Of a stretch of DNA of 31,836 nucleotides, positions 1 through 8,578 are shown in pieces. This DNA is from Candidatus Zixiibacteriota bacterium. GTDB lineage: Bacteria; Zixibacteria; MSB-5A5; CAIYYT01. The position numbers and the translations under genes are program-made. Within the stretch, counting starts at the first letter, position 1. Each line of letters begins with the position of its first letter. Below the pieces are notes generated by a model, which had not been told where the DNA came from, made no database searches, and was given only the letters and a program-made list of their open reading frames with translations. The stretch is taken from contig JBECKX010000005.1 in assembly GCA_040235515.1 (NCBI GenBank), forward strand, positions 1-31,836, written 5' to 3'.

Positions 1-58
<58 letters not shown>

Positions 59-81
59 TAGACTCCAATGTGTGTAGCATC

Positions 82-144
82 GTAGGGGCGAGTGGCACTC
101 GCCCCTTGCAGTTTCTTCGGAGGGCGAATGCCATTCGCCCCTAC
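82..144. repeat. REP-like doublet (GTAG-type): two inverted palindromic units
   Basis: GTAGGGGCGAGTGGCACTCGCCCCT (82-106) and AGGGCGAATGCCATTCGCCCCTAC (121-144). Each unit is a hairpin, and the pair is inverted with GTAG/CTAC ends. Confidence 0.75.
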
Positions 145-199
145 AGAGCAACCTGTGCGCGGCTTACGTCCTCGTGCGCCGCGTCGCAAATCGCTTCCG

Positions 200-1831
200 C
201 TATTCCGCCATAAACGGATACCGGAAATCGGTGGGCGGGGTGAAGTTCTCCTTAATCGTGCGCGGGGAGGTCCAACGGATCATGTTGAGATAGCTTCCTG
301 CCTTATCGTTCGTACCTGAGGCGCGCGCGCCACCAAACGGCTGCTGGCCCACCACTGCGCCGGTCGGTTTGTCATTGATGTAGAAATTACCGGCAGCCTG
401 ACGGAGAACCCTCTCAGCCAGCACAACCGCATCGCGATCGGTGCCGAAAACCGCACCGGTCAGGGCGTACGGCGAAGTCTCGTCGCAGAGGTGCAGCGTC
501 TTCTCGTAGTCCTTGTCAGCGTAGACATAGATCGTCATCACCGGCCCGAAGATTTCTTCCTCGATAGTCTTGAACTTCGGATTGGTGGTGAGGATGATCG
601 TCGGCTCGATGAAGTAGCCTTTGGAGTCATCGTAGCCACCACCCGCGATAATTTTGGCATCCTTCGCTTTTTTCGCAAAGTCGATGTAAGCCGTGATGCT
701 CTTGAATGCTGACTCATCGATAACGGCATTCATGAAGTTGGTGAAGTCGGCGGGATCACCCATCTTGATCGCCTTGATATCGGCAAGCAGCAGTTTCTCT
801 AGCTTCGGCCACATTGATTTTGGAATATACGCGCGTGAGGCCGCCGAGCATTTCTGTCCCTGGTACTCGAACGCACCGCGTGTGATCGCTGTGGCGACCT
901 GTTCAACATTGGCAGATTTGTGGACGAAAACGAAATCCTTTCCACCGGTCTCGCCGACGATGCGCGGGTAGGATTTGTACTTATCTTTGGCGATGTTCTC
1001 GCCGATCGTTTTCCAGAAGCTCTGGAATACGCCGGTGGAGCCGGTGAAGTGCACGCCGGCAAGCTTGCTGTGATTGAAGACGATGTCAGATATCTCGGAC
1101 GACTTGCCGCTCACCATATTGATGACACCAGCAGGCAATCCGGCTTCCATGAGGATTTTCATAATGAAATGCGAGGTGTACATCACGCTTGAGGCTGGTT
1201 TCCAGAGGGCGACGTTACCCCACATGGCCGGAGCGGTCGGCAGGTTGCCGTTGATCGAAACGAAGTTGAAAGGAGTCACGGCGAAGATGAAGCCCTCGAG
1301 CGGGCGATAGTCCATCCTGTTCCAGATAAGCGGATCGGGGTTGGTCGGCTGCATTGCCGCGATTTCCTGCATATAGTAGGCGTTGTAGCGCCAGAAATCG
1401 ACCAGCTCGCAGACGGCATCGATTTCCGCCTGGAAGATTGACTTGGAGTGGGCGAGCATGGTGGCGGCATTCATGATATAGCGATATGGTCCTGCAAGGA
1501 GATCGGCTGCTTTTAGGAAGATTGCGGCGCGATGCTGCAGCGGCATATCCTGCCAGGTGGCTTGCGCCTTGAGGCAGCCGTCGATGGCGCTCTCAATATC
1601 TTTCTTGGTACCTTTGTAGGTATATCCGAGCACGAGATTATGGTCGTGCGGCGAAGTCATTTTGATTTTCGATCCGGGGCGAACCTCTTTGCCATTGATG
1701 ATCAGCGGCACATCGATTTGCTTCGACTTCAGTTTCTTCAGGGCATCCTGAAGTTTTGCCCGCTCGGGTGATCCGGGGGCGTAGCCATAGACCGGTTCGT
1801 TTTTCGGCTCAGGTATGCGAAAGATTCCCAT
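200..1831 (-). CDS. pruA: L-glutamate gamma-semialdehyde (1-pyrroline-5-carboxylate) dehydrogenase
   Basis: N-terminal NEPV..YAPGSPER, TPFNF, HFTGST, GETGGK (catalytic Glu), FEYQGQKCSA (catalytic Cys), EEIFGP and INDKPTGAVVGQQPFGGARASGTNDKAG. GGAG RBS upstream. Confidence 0.96.
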   Translation of the reverse strand: MGIFRIPEPKNEPVYGYAPGSPERAKLQDALKKLKSKQIDVPLIINGKEVRPGSKIKMTSPHDHNLVLGYTYKGTKKDIESAIDGCLKAQATWQDMPLQHRAAIFLKAADLLAGPYRYIMNAATMLAHSKSIFQAEIDAVCELVDFWRYNAYYMQEIAAMQPTNPDPLIWNRMDYRPLEGFIFAVTPFNFVSINGNLPTAPAMWGNVALWKPASSVMYTSHFIMKILMEAGLPAGVINMVSGKSSEISDIVFNHSKLAGVHFTGSTGVFQSFWKTIGENIAKDKYKSYPRIVGETGGKDFVFVHKSANVEQVATAITRGAFEYQGQKCSAASRAYIPKSMWPKLEKLLLADIKAIKMGDPADFTNFMNAVIDESAFKSITAYIDFAKKAKDAKIIAGGGYDDSKGYFIEPTIILTTNPKFKTIEEEIFGPVMTIYVYADKDYEKTLHLCDETSPYALTGAVFGTDRDAVVLAERVLRQAAGNFYINDKPTGAVVGQQPFGGARASGTNDKAGSYLNMIRWTSPRTIKENFTPPTDFRYPFMAE

Positions 1832-1870
1832 TTATCTGCTCCTTAGTCCATTAAGTTTCATCGAAAAGGA

Positions 1871-1896
1871 TAGGGGCGCAGCATGCTGCGCCCCTA
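1871..1896. repeat. Perfect 26-bp REP-like palindrome (may also act as terminator of the ferritin-like gene)
   Basis: TAGGGGCGCAGCA|TGCTGCGCCCCTA followed by CAGAG. It has the same CGCCCCTACAGAG end as the unit near 136-148. Confidence 0.75.
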
Positions 1897-1944
1897 CAGA
1901 GTACGTGTCTTCATTGCAGTTTGCGAGGCTCAATCGTACAGTCT

Positions 1945-2451
1945 TTACACTCTATCGAGGTTGCTCCATTCGGCATCATCGAGCCAGCTCTTGGGCTGAT
2001 GCAGGAATTCGAGCACTTTCTCGATCAGCACGACATGCTTGTGTTCTTCGTCAGCGAGCAGGTTGAAAGCGTATTTCACTTCGCCTTCCTTAGACTCACC
2101 GGCTTTTTCGCGATAGAATTTTTCGGTGTCGAGTTCTACCTGCTTGGCTTTTTCCCAGGCAGCGAAGACATCATCGCCGAATTTGAAGTCCTCACGCGGG
2201 AGCTGTTCGAAGACTGTCTTGGATGTATTCAGGATCGTCGTACCGAGTTCAGCCATTGCGGCTGCTTCTTTGATTTCGCCATTGCGAAGGCGCTTGAAGA
2301 TCTCGTAGTGCTTCACTTCATCCTGAGCCAGTTGAAGCCAAATCTTTTCAAGTGCCGGGTTATCGGTGCGGGAGGCCTGATCTTCGTAGAAATCCTGGCC
2401 ATCCTTTTCCATTTTCATCGCAAATTCAAAGACATTCGTAGTATCTGGCAT
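1945..2451 (-). CDS. Ferritin-like/rubrerythrin-domain di-iron protein
   Basis: Duplicated E..G..FY ... DE..H pattern (MEKDGQDFY/DEVKH and ELDTEKFY/EEHKH). No rubredoxin tail. AAGGAG RBS. Confidence 0.88.
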   Translation of the reverse strand: MPDTTNVFEFAMKMEKDGQDFYEDQASRTDNPALEKIWLQLAQDEVKHYEIFKRLRNGEIKEAAAMAELGTTILNTSKTVFEQLPREDFKFGDDVFAAWEKAKQVELDTEKFYREKAGESKEGEVKYAFNLLADEEHKHVVLIEKVLEFLHQPKSWLDDAEWSNLDRV

Positions 2452-2498
2452 GATAAAATCTCCTTAAAATCAGTCAGCCAGCGTCTGACATTTCTGCA

Positions 2499-2527
2499 AA
2501 TATATGCAAAGGCAGAATCCTAATCAA
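2499..2527 (-). promoter_or_regulatory. Putative sigma70-type promoter of the ferritin-like gene
   Basis: Minus strand TTGATT-N17-TATATT, about 48 nt upstream of the ATG at 2451. Confidence 0.55.
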
Positions 2528-2564
2528 ACGATTCCGAGCTAATCAGGATGAAAATCGGAGAAAA

Positions 2565-2583
2565 ATATCAATTAAGTTGATAT
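2565..2583. promoter_or_regulatory. AT-rich inverted repeat, candidate transcription-factor operator
   Basis: ATATCAA-TTAAG-TTGATAT (7-5-7), just upstream of the promoter above. Confidence 0.4.
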
Positions 2584-2619
2584 AAAGCGGCCTTCCCACC
2601 CTTTTGGCCCCCGGATAGA

Positions 2620-3285
2620 TCAGAATTCTACCGGAGCAAACTTGTTCGAGGCGATGAAATGCACCCGGATGTTGATTTGTTCGGCCAATTTCATGAAAAG
2701 CGCCTTTGGCCGCGGAATTCCGTAATCATCCAGCAGAATCTCGAAGTTGGCTCTCACCTGCAGCACGTGTTCGTTCGTTGTCGGGTCACTCTTGACCAGG
2801 GTGACCTCGCAGGGTGCTGTGATAGACTTGGTTGTTCCATGGACGGTGAATTCACCCTCGATTTCGCACGAGATTGGTGATCCTGAGGGCAGCTGATCCG
2901 GCAATCCGTTGACCGAGGTAAGCGTGAACTCGATGTAGGGGTACTTGTCGGTGTGAAGGTGGTTTTCACGCATGTGTTCGTCGCGCAATTCGATGCCGGT
3001 TTTCAGAGTCGCCGCTTCGACGCGTAGATGTCCTGAGACGGAATCCGTGGTGTTGGAGGGATTGAAGCTGAGCTTGCCTCTGATGCTTTGTGTAAAGCCC
3101 TCAATGAATTCGAGTGAGGCATCGGATTCGAAATGCACCGAATCGGTTTCTGTAGAGCCTTTGATGAAGAACTGCTCAGCGAGGGTTTCCCCGGTGGTGC
3201 AAAGAAGCAGGCTCAGACCAAGCAAGAGCGCATAAACCGGGCGGTGTCGCCGCATCGAGTTTCTGGGCAGGTTATGCATATACAT
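2620..3285 (-). CDS. Secreted YceI-family (polyisoprenoid-binding) protein
   Basis: Signal peptide; motifs LKTGIELRDEHMR..HLHTDKYPYIEF, GEFTVHGTTK and LDDYGI. GGAGG RBS. Confidence 0.9.
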   Translation of the reverse strand: MYMHNLPRNSMRRHRPVYALLLGLSLLLCTTGETLAEQFFIKGSTETDSVHFESDASLEFIEGFTQSIRGKLSFNPSNTTDSVSGHLRVEAATLKTGIELRDEHMRENHLHTDKYPYIEFTLTSVNGLPDQLPSGSPISCEIEGEFTVHGTTKSITAPCEVTLVKSDPTTNEHVLQVRANFEILLDDYGIPRPKALFMKLAEQINIRVHFIASNKFAPVEF

Positions 3286-3312
3286 TGTATCCTCCGAAAT
3301 TGCCCCAGCGGT

Positions 3313-3813
3313 TCAGTTGTCAAGTGCCCCTTCGTCGATCCAGGTCTTGATCAGTGTTTGCTGGGCGGTAGTGAGCGTATCACCACTCCGTGGCATCCGC
3401 AGCAGTTGACCCAATTCGGCGAAGCGGGGCGAGATCGCGAGATAGAGCGGGCTCGAATCGGCATCCCCGGCAATGACGTGGCGTCCAAAGGTCGGGGTAT
3501 CCGCCATGATTGTTGCATACGATGTCACCTCGAACTCATGGCGCGTGCTGACTGACCCATGACAGCCGGCGAAGTTGCAATTGGCCAGCAGGATCGGATG
3601 GATCTCGGTGGAGAAAGAGACTGTCGGGTCAGGTGGCTCAGGCTTCGGCGCGGTTTCCACAGTGACCCCATGATCGGCACACGCGCTGAGCAGTATGGTG
3701 ATTAGAAGCAGGCACAGCCAGCCCGCGAGCGCAGTTGGTGTGCTGCCGGCTGAATTGCTGTTTGGTCTATTCGCAATAGTCGTTGCCATTTCGTCTAGCA
3801 TTTCATCTTTCAT
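3313..3813 (-). CDS. Lipoprotein with Planctomycete-type monoheme cytochrome c domain (start uncertain)
   Basis: Lipobox LLSAC; VSFSTEIHPIL..NCNFAGCH (CX4CH); GDADSSPLY; MP (axial Met candidate); WIDEGALDN C-terminus. Confidence 0.78.
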   Translation of the reverse strand: MKDEMLDEMATTIANRPNSNSAGSTPTALAGWLCLLLITILLSACADHGVTVETAPKPEPPDPTVSFSTEIHPILLANCNFAGCHGSVSTRHEFEVTSYATIMADTPTFGRHVIAGDADSSPLYLAISPRFAELGQLLRMPRSGDTLTTAQQTLIKTWIDEGALDN

Positions 3814-3842
3814 CTTAGTTTAAGCAGAGTTCGTTCTTGAGC

Positions 3843-4886
3843 CTAGTAGTGAACGTGCATCTGGATGAACCAATCGACGTGCTCGGCGCGCAGTCCCTCG
3901 CTGTAGTAGACCAGTGAGGGTCGGAATTCGATGAAGGGGATCGGAAAGCACTCGATCGAGAAGGCGTATTTCTGGTTAGTGCCGTTCTTCCGGCTCCAGT
4001 CGGGGTCGTGGTAGTTGTATTCAGCGAGCAGATAGAGTCCCCAGGTAACCCGCGCCGCAAGCTGTGAATAGAACGTTCGTTGGTCGTTGCCCTTGCCGAC
4101 CGAGCCGGCTTCGAGCAACAGAGTAAGACGGTCATACGAAAGGCCGCCGAAGATTGATTTTGCGATCGGGAAATTCCTGTAGCTCCCGTTGATCGCTTCA
4201 GCCTCACGCCAGGATAAGCCGGTTAGGAACCCGAAAGGACCGAGGTTGCCGGCGCGGAAGGAGTGCAGTGTGGCGACACGCTGACCTCCCGGTTCATAGA
4301 ATTCCAGGAAGATATTGGAGCCACCGAAGAATTTGCCCCCCAGCGATATTCCGTCGACCGCGAGTTCTGGGGTCAGGAGCGGGACGGTACGAGTGAAGGC
4401 GTTGTGGTCAGGGTCGCGAAGTCCGAATGCGGGGTAGAACCGCCCGATGCGTGCCCAAAGCGTTTCATCCTTCAATTTTATCAACAGATAGCTGAACTTA
4501 ACATCGGTTTGCGAGAAGGTGAGATTGTAGCTGACACCCTGCAGCATCTCCAGAGAGAGATAGAGATCGGACTGCATGCGGAAGAATTCACCGCGCTCAA
4601 GGTAGAGCATGCGGTAGTCGAGTCCGAAACTGAGATTCTGCGTGAGCCTGGGGCGGAGTTTATATGGGGTGAAGTAGCGCTTGGTCGACTGCAGCGTGAG
4701 TTCGTTGAAGCCGACCGAGTGATTACCATACTCGTTGCGCATCCCGCCGCCGTCGGGTTGGACATGGCACGAGATGCAAGCGGCTCCCTGTTCGGTGGCG
4801 AGACGTGGCAGGCTATGGACGGAGATTGATGTGAGAATGATGGTTACCGCCGCAAGAATAACGGCGATACGCTTGCTGGTTATCAT
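3843..4886 (-). CDS. Fused monoheme cytochrome c / outer-membrane beta-barrel (Cyc2-like architecture)
   Basis: Signal peptide, then LPRLATEQGAACISCH; alternating amphipathic beta strands, a RIGRFYPAFG porin-like motif and an aromatic C-terminal residue (IQMHVHY). Confidence 0.68.
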   Translation of the reverse strand: MITSKRIAVILAAVTIILTSISVHSLPRLATEQGAACISCHVQPDGGGMRNEYGNHSVGFNELTLQSTKRYFTPYKLRPRLTQNLSFGLDYRMLYLERGEFFRMQSDLYLSLEMLQGVSYNLTFSQTDVKFSYLLIKLKDETLWARIGRFYPAFGLRDPDHNAFTRTVPLLTPELAVDGISLGGKFFGGSNIFLEFYEPGGQRVATLHSFRAGNLGPFGFLTGLSWREAEAINGSYRNFPIAKSIFGGLSYDRLTLLLEAGSVGKGNDQRTFYSQLAARVTWGLYLLAEYNYHDPDWSRKNGTNQKYAFSIECFPIPFIEFRPSLVYYSEGLRAEHVDWFIQMHVHY

Positions 4887-5155
4887 GCACTACCTTGTTT
4901 CTGCTTCGAGCCATCGTATCATGGCTTACATTGATCTACTTAGTCGTCTGTCAGTTAGCAGAGGCTGTTGAGAGCTCAAACCGTACAGCCGACACGAACT
5001 GAAAATGCCGCGGGCGGATCTGGACAAGGTGAGGATTCCGGGTGGCAGAGTTCAATCAGGGGTTTTCGAAGAAGCACTACCTTGGCGGCTGAGAATGGCG
5101 CGGGCGCCGGATGAGGGCGGTTTTGGGGAGTCGTGTGGGCGGATCGGTTGATCGG

Positions 5156-6637
5156 TTATGATTCGTTGTGCCAGGACTCGAGCACATAGCGGGAGACATC
5201 GATATTGGTCTCGCGCGGATCGATGACACGAACGATCTGGTGAATGTACTCGCCGGTTGCATCGTCCTTGTCGGCAAGGTCGAGCTCTTCAGCGATCTCG
5301 AACAGGCCTTTCCTGTTGCCGATGACTTTGACCATCGGCCGGAAGTGATCATCGCGTCCCGGTCCTATCACCAGCGCAATGCGGTTGCCATTGAGGAGCA
5401 GCAGAGTCCCGGGGGGATAGACGGAGATGGTACGCACGAAGACACGCATGAGTGTTTCATCGAATTTCGTTCCCACCTCGGAGAGCATGGTTTCCAGCAC
5501 GTACTCGGGAGAGCGGGCATCACGCCGATAGACACGCCCCGAAGTGAGGGCGTCGAAGACGTCGCAGATCGCGACGATTTTGCTGAAGAGGTTCAGGTTG
5601 CGTTTGAAGTCGAGCGAGGGATAGCCGGAGCCATCGATATTGGAGTGGTGTTCGAATGCAACGAGCATCGCTCGACAGGTTGTGTCGTCGAGGGGCATCG
5701 TCTTGGCGATCGAGAGAAGGCCGTAGGTGGGATGTTTGCGCATCAATTCCCACTCATTCTCGGTAAAGTCGCTTGGCTTGTTGAGCACCTGCAGCGGCAG
5801 TTTCGTTTTGCCGACGTCGTGAAATAGGGCCGCGAAGCCGAGCGCGGAGAGTTCCGATTTCATCAGGCCGAGGTTGGCGCCGAGACAGATCGAATAGATG
5901 CAGACATTGGTAGAGTGCACGAAGGTGTACTCATCGAAATCGCGCAGGGCGGTCAACTCGAGCAGGTAGCTGTCGTCGGATAGTACCTGATCGACGATCG
6001 AATGGATGACGCGCGTGGTGCGACTGAGGCTGACCGGTCTGCTGGTACCGATCGCATGCATCACGGTCTTGAGGTTCCCGACGGCGTTGAAGAAGGTTTG
6101 CTGTGCGAAGCGGCGCTGGCGGTATTTATCGTCCATCTCGACCGAGGTTTCGATAATCGGCGGCAGCACTTCGATCTTGCTGACGCCGGCTTCGCCGAGA
6201 GCGACACGCACGATGTCGTAGTCGGTGCCATCCTGCTGAGAGAGCCGCCAGATTATTTCTGCACAGCGGGTGATCTCTTCCTCCGTGTAGCCGAGTTCAA
6301 AGACCAGACCGGAGATTCCGAGGCGTTCGAACAGCTCGAGCAGGTAGTGGGAGTTATCATTGGGGGTGCGCTCGCCGCGCATCCTCACGCTGCAGTAGAA
6401 CAGGTACCCGCTCTGCGCTTGCAGCGAGACTTCGAGATGTTCCGTCAAAAGGTCGTTGGTAAGGTCGCGGAGCAGCTGCAGTTGCTTGCGGTAATTGTCG
6501 TTGGTCGATTCATAGAGTTTGAAGGTCCGCAGGAAGATTGCGAGCTGATTCGCCAGGCGTCTGCCCTGGTCGGAGTAGCGTTGCTCTTCTGCATCGCTCA
6601 AAGTGGGAGTGAGAACGATTTCGCGATCAATCTTCAT
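5156..6637 (-). CDS. HD-GYP domain protein (putative cyclic dinucleotide phosphodiesterase)
   Basis: DEYTFVHS, LFHDVGK, LNKPSDFTENEWELMRKHP, EHHSNIDGSGYP and ICDVFDALTSGRVY motifs. Start overlaps the upstream stop by 4 bp. Confidence 0.92.
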   Translation of the reverse strand: MKIDREIVLTPTLSDAEEQRYSDQGRRLANQLAIFLRTFKLYESTNDNYRKQLQLLRDLTNDLLTEHLEVSLQAQSGYLFYCSVRMRGERTPNDNSHYLLELFERLGISGLVFELGYTEEEITRCAEIIWRLSQQDGTDYDIVRVALGEAGVSKIEVLPPIIETSVEMDDKYRQRRFAQQTFFNAVGNLKTVMHAIGTSRPVSLSRTTRVIHSIVDQVLSDDSYLLELTALRDFDEYTFVHSTNVCIYSICLGANLGLMKSELSALGFAALFHDVGKTKLPLQVLNKPSDFTENEWELMRKHPTYGLLSIAKTMPLDDTTCRAMLVAFEHHSNIDGSGYPSLDFKRNLNLFSKIVAICDVFDALTSGRVYRRDARSPEYVLETMLSEVGTKFDETLMRVFVRTISVYPPGTLLLLNGNRIALVIGPGRDDHFRPMVKVIGNRKGLFEIAEELDLADKDDATGEYIHQIVRVIDPRETNIDVSRYVLESWHNES

Positions 6638-8409
6638 TGGTCACCTCCACCGCTGCCTGTCGGCGACTTGGAGCTATCGAGAGCCTGTTTGCGTGAGTGG
6701 TTTGACTGAATTCTCGTCTGCACCTTGCGTGCCAGTTCGCGCAGGTGCGAGTCTGAGGAAGACGCTACGGCAGTCAGGATGTCTTCCGCCGCGGTACGAT
6801 CGGCCGCCTCGAGGGCGGTAATCACCGCCTCCTGCATCCGCCGGATGCGCGCGCGTTTGAAGAAGCTCGATTTCTTGAGCAATTGCACCAGCACATCGAG
6901 CGATTCGTTCCCATCGCTGCGGATCAATGCGACCAGCAGTTGCCGCATCGAATTTTGTTCACGATCGGCGAACTGTTCGGATGTCACCAGGTCGCGCAGT
7001 CGTTCGAAAGCGCCTGAGTGTTTGAGGCGTGCTAGTCCATTGACGGCGGCTGATCTGACACGTTCGCTTTCGTCATCGAGCAAACCGATCAGGGCTTCGG
7101 CGGACTCGTTGCTTTCGATGCGGGCAAGCGACCGGGCCGCTTCGATGCGAACGCGGTCATCGGCGTGCCTGGCGGCTCGTTGCAGATAGGCCACACCCTC
7201 TGCCAGTTCAGTTTCGCCGATGATCATCGCGACGTTGCGGACGACATACCAGCGGCTATCATACACAGCCCCGCCGATTAACTGGATCTGGTTTTTCCCC
7301 TTCTCGACCAGCAGATCGCACAACACGCGCCTGGCGCGATAGTGCTCGAGTTCGCCGAGCATCCAGATCATGTTGTTGAGCGATTCCCAGCCAAGCAACC
7401 GGAAATATTGTGCGACCGGTTCGAGGTCGGTTTCGGGGTTTTCGTTGAGGCGTTTGGTTATCATCTTGATTCGGACCATGTCACCGCAACGCTGGTAGAA
7501 TTCCTTGAGCCTGCGCTCGAAACGATCTGATTCGAAGTTACGCTCCGAGAGCAGTCTTATGATTCCTGAGACTATTTCGGTGAGGGTGGCGAAGCTGCCG
7601 TTGCGGATCAACCGGTCATAAGCTGCCTGCAGCGATTCGAGGATCAGGCCAAGATCATGAACCGACTTTTCATACGCGCAGAGCTGCAATAGCAGGTTGA
7701 TGACATCTCGCTTGACGTCTCGTTTGCGGTCGTCGGAGACAAGCTTCTCGATTGCCTGCAAATCCGCCTGGGTGTGACGAACCAGTCCGCCGAAGGTGAA
7801 GCGTGCGGTTTCCTCCTGGTTCCTGGCGCGCTGCTGATCCTCCTCGACGTTTTCGCTCCAGAGGTGGGTATCGATGCCCCCGCTGTCGGACATCCCCTTC
7901 GATCCTTCTTCGATGAACTCTTCGCGGAGACTGTCGGCGTCCTCGATTTCGCCATACTCAAGATCGTCAATTACCTCACACTGGATATGCTCCAGGTCGG
8001 CTTCCCAGATTTCATTAACGATATCGACCCGCGCTTCATCATCCCGCCCGGCACGTATCAGCAGGTCAACAAAGCGATCAATTTCTCCATTGGTCAATCC
8101 ATGGGAGAAGCGGATGCTGCGAATGCCGTCGCGGTGCAGCAGGCTGGCGATATTGTCGGTGAGGCTGTCGGAATGGTAGATGATTTCATCACAGCATGAG
8201 AAGCTATCGAGGCTCACCTCGATGCTGATCCCCTCGATGGTACTGAGACAGTTGGCAAAACGCTCGTGGAGGGCTTCGTAGAATTTCGCCGCCACCTGGT
8301 GATGCGGGGGGTACTGCCGGACGGTCTTGACAGTCTTGGCCAGACTGCCGAACAGCTCTTTCAGTGCCGAGAGCTCGAGTGGACCATATATCTGTTGGTG
8401 TTCCAGCAA
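6634..8409 (-). CDS. HEAT/PBS-lyase repeat protein (TTG start uncertain)
   Basis: DSRWYVVRNVAMIIG, DDRVRIEAARSLARI and DESERVRSAAVNGL repeats; N-terminal YPPHH motif. Confidence 0.85.
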   Translation of the reverse strand: MLEHQQIYGPLELSALKELFGSLAKTVKTVRQYPPHHQVAAKFYEALHERFANCLSTIEGISIEVSLDSFSCCDEIIYHSDSLTDNIASLLHRDGIRSIRFSHGLTNGEIDRFVDLLIRAGRDDEARVDIVNEIWEADLEHIQCEVIDDLEYGEIEDADSLREEFIEEGSKGMSDSGGIDTHLWSENVEEDQQRARNQEETARFTFGGLVRHTQADLQAIEKLVSDDRKRDVKRDVINLLLQLCAYEKSVHDLGLILESLQAAYDRLIRNGSFATLTEIVSGIIRLLSERNFESDRFERRLKEFYQRCGDMVRIKMITKRLNENPETDLEPVAQYFRLLGWESLNNMIWMLGELEHYRARRVLCDLLVEKGKNQIQLIGGAVYDSRWYVVRNVAMIIGETELAEGVAYLQRAARHADDRVRIEAARSLARIESNESAEALIGLLDDESERVRSAAVNGLARLKHSGAFERLRDLVTSEQFADREQNSMRQLLVALIRSDGNESLDVLVQLLKKSSFFKRARIRRMQEAVITALEAADRTAAEDILTAVASSSDSHLRELARKVQTRIQSNHSRKQALDSSKSPTGSGGGDQ

Positions 8410-8479
8410 GTTTCTACCCGCAATTGACTGAGTTGTTAGCTCTTTCGGTCTCAGTGTGGATATTCCTACCCGTTCTCTT

Positions 8480-8507
8480 TTTTCGGCAGAAAAATGAGGC
8501 TGCTTTA
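8480..8507 (-). promoter_or_regulatory. Putative sigma28 (FliA/SigD)-like promoter for the HEAT/HD-GYP operon
   Basis: Minus strand TAAAG-N15-GCCGAAAA, compared with consensus TAAA-N15/16-GCCGATAA; about 70 nt upstream of the start. Confidence 0.55.
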
Positions 8508-8578
8508 GAGGCGGCGAAGAAATCGGGCGGTCAGGCAGGCGAAGTGTTTCTCTTCAGAACCCTTTTGTTAACAATTGC

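Noticed and set aside
1921..2523. 200-aa plus-strand ORF, and similar antisense ORFs at 5168-5827 and 6002-6709
   Set aside because: They are shadows of well-supported minus-strand genes.
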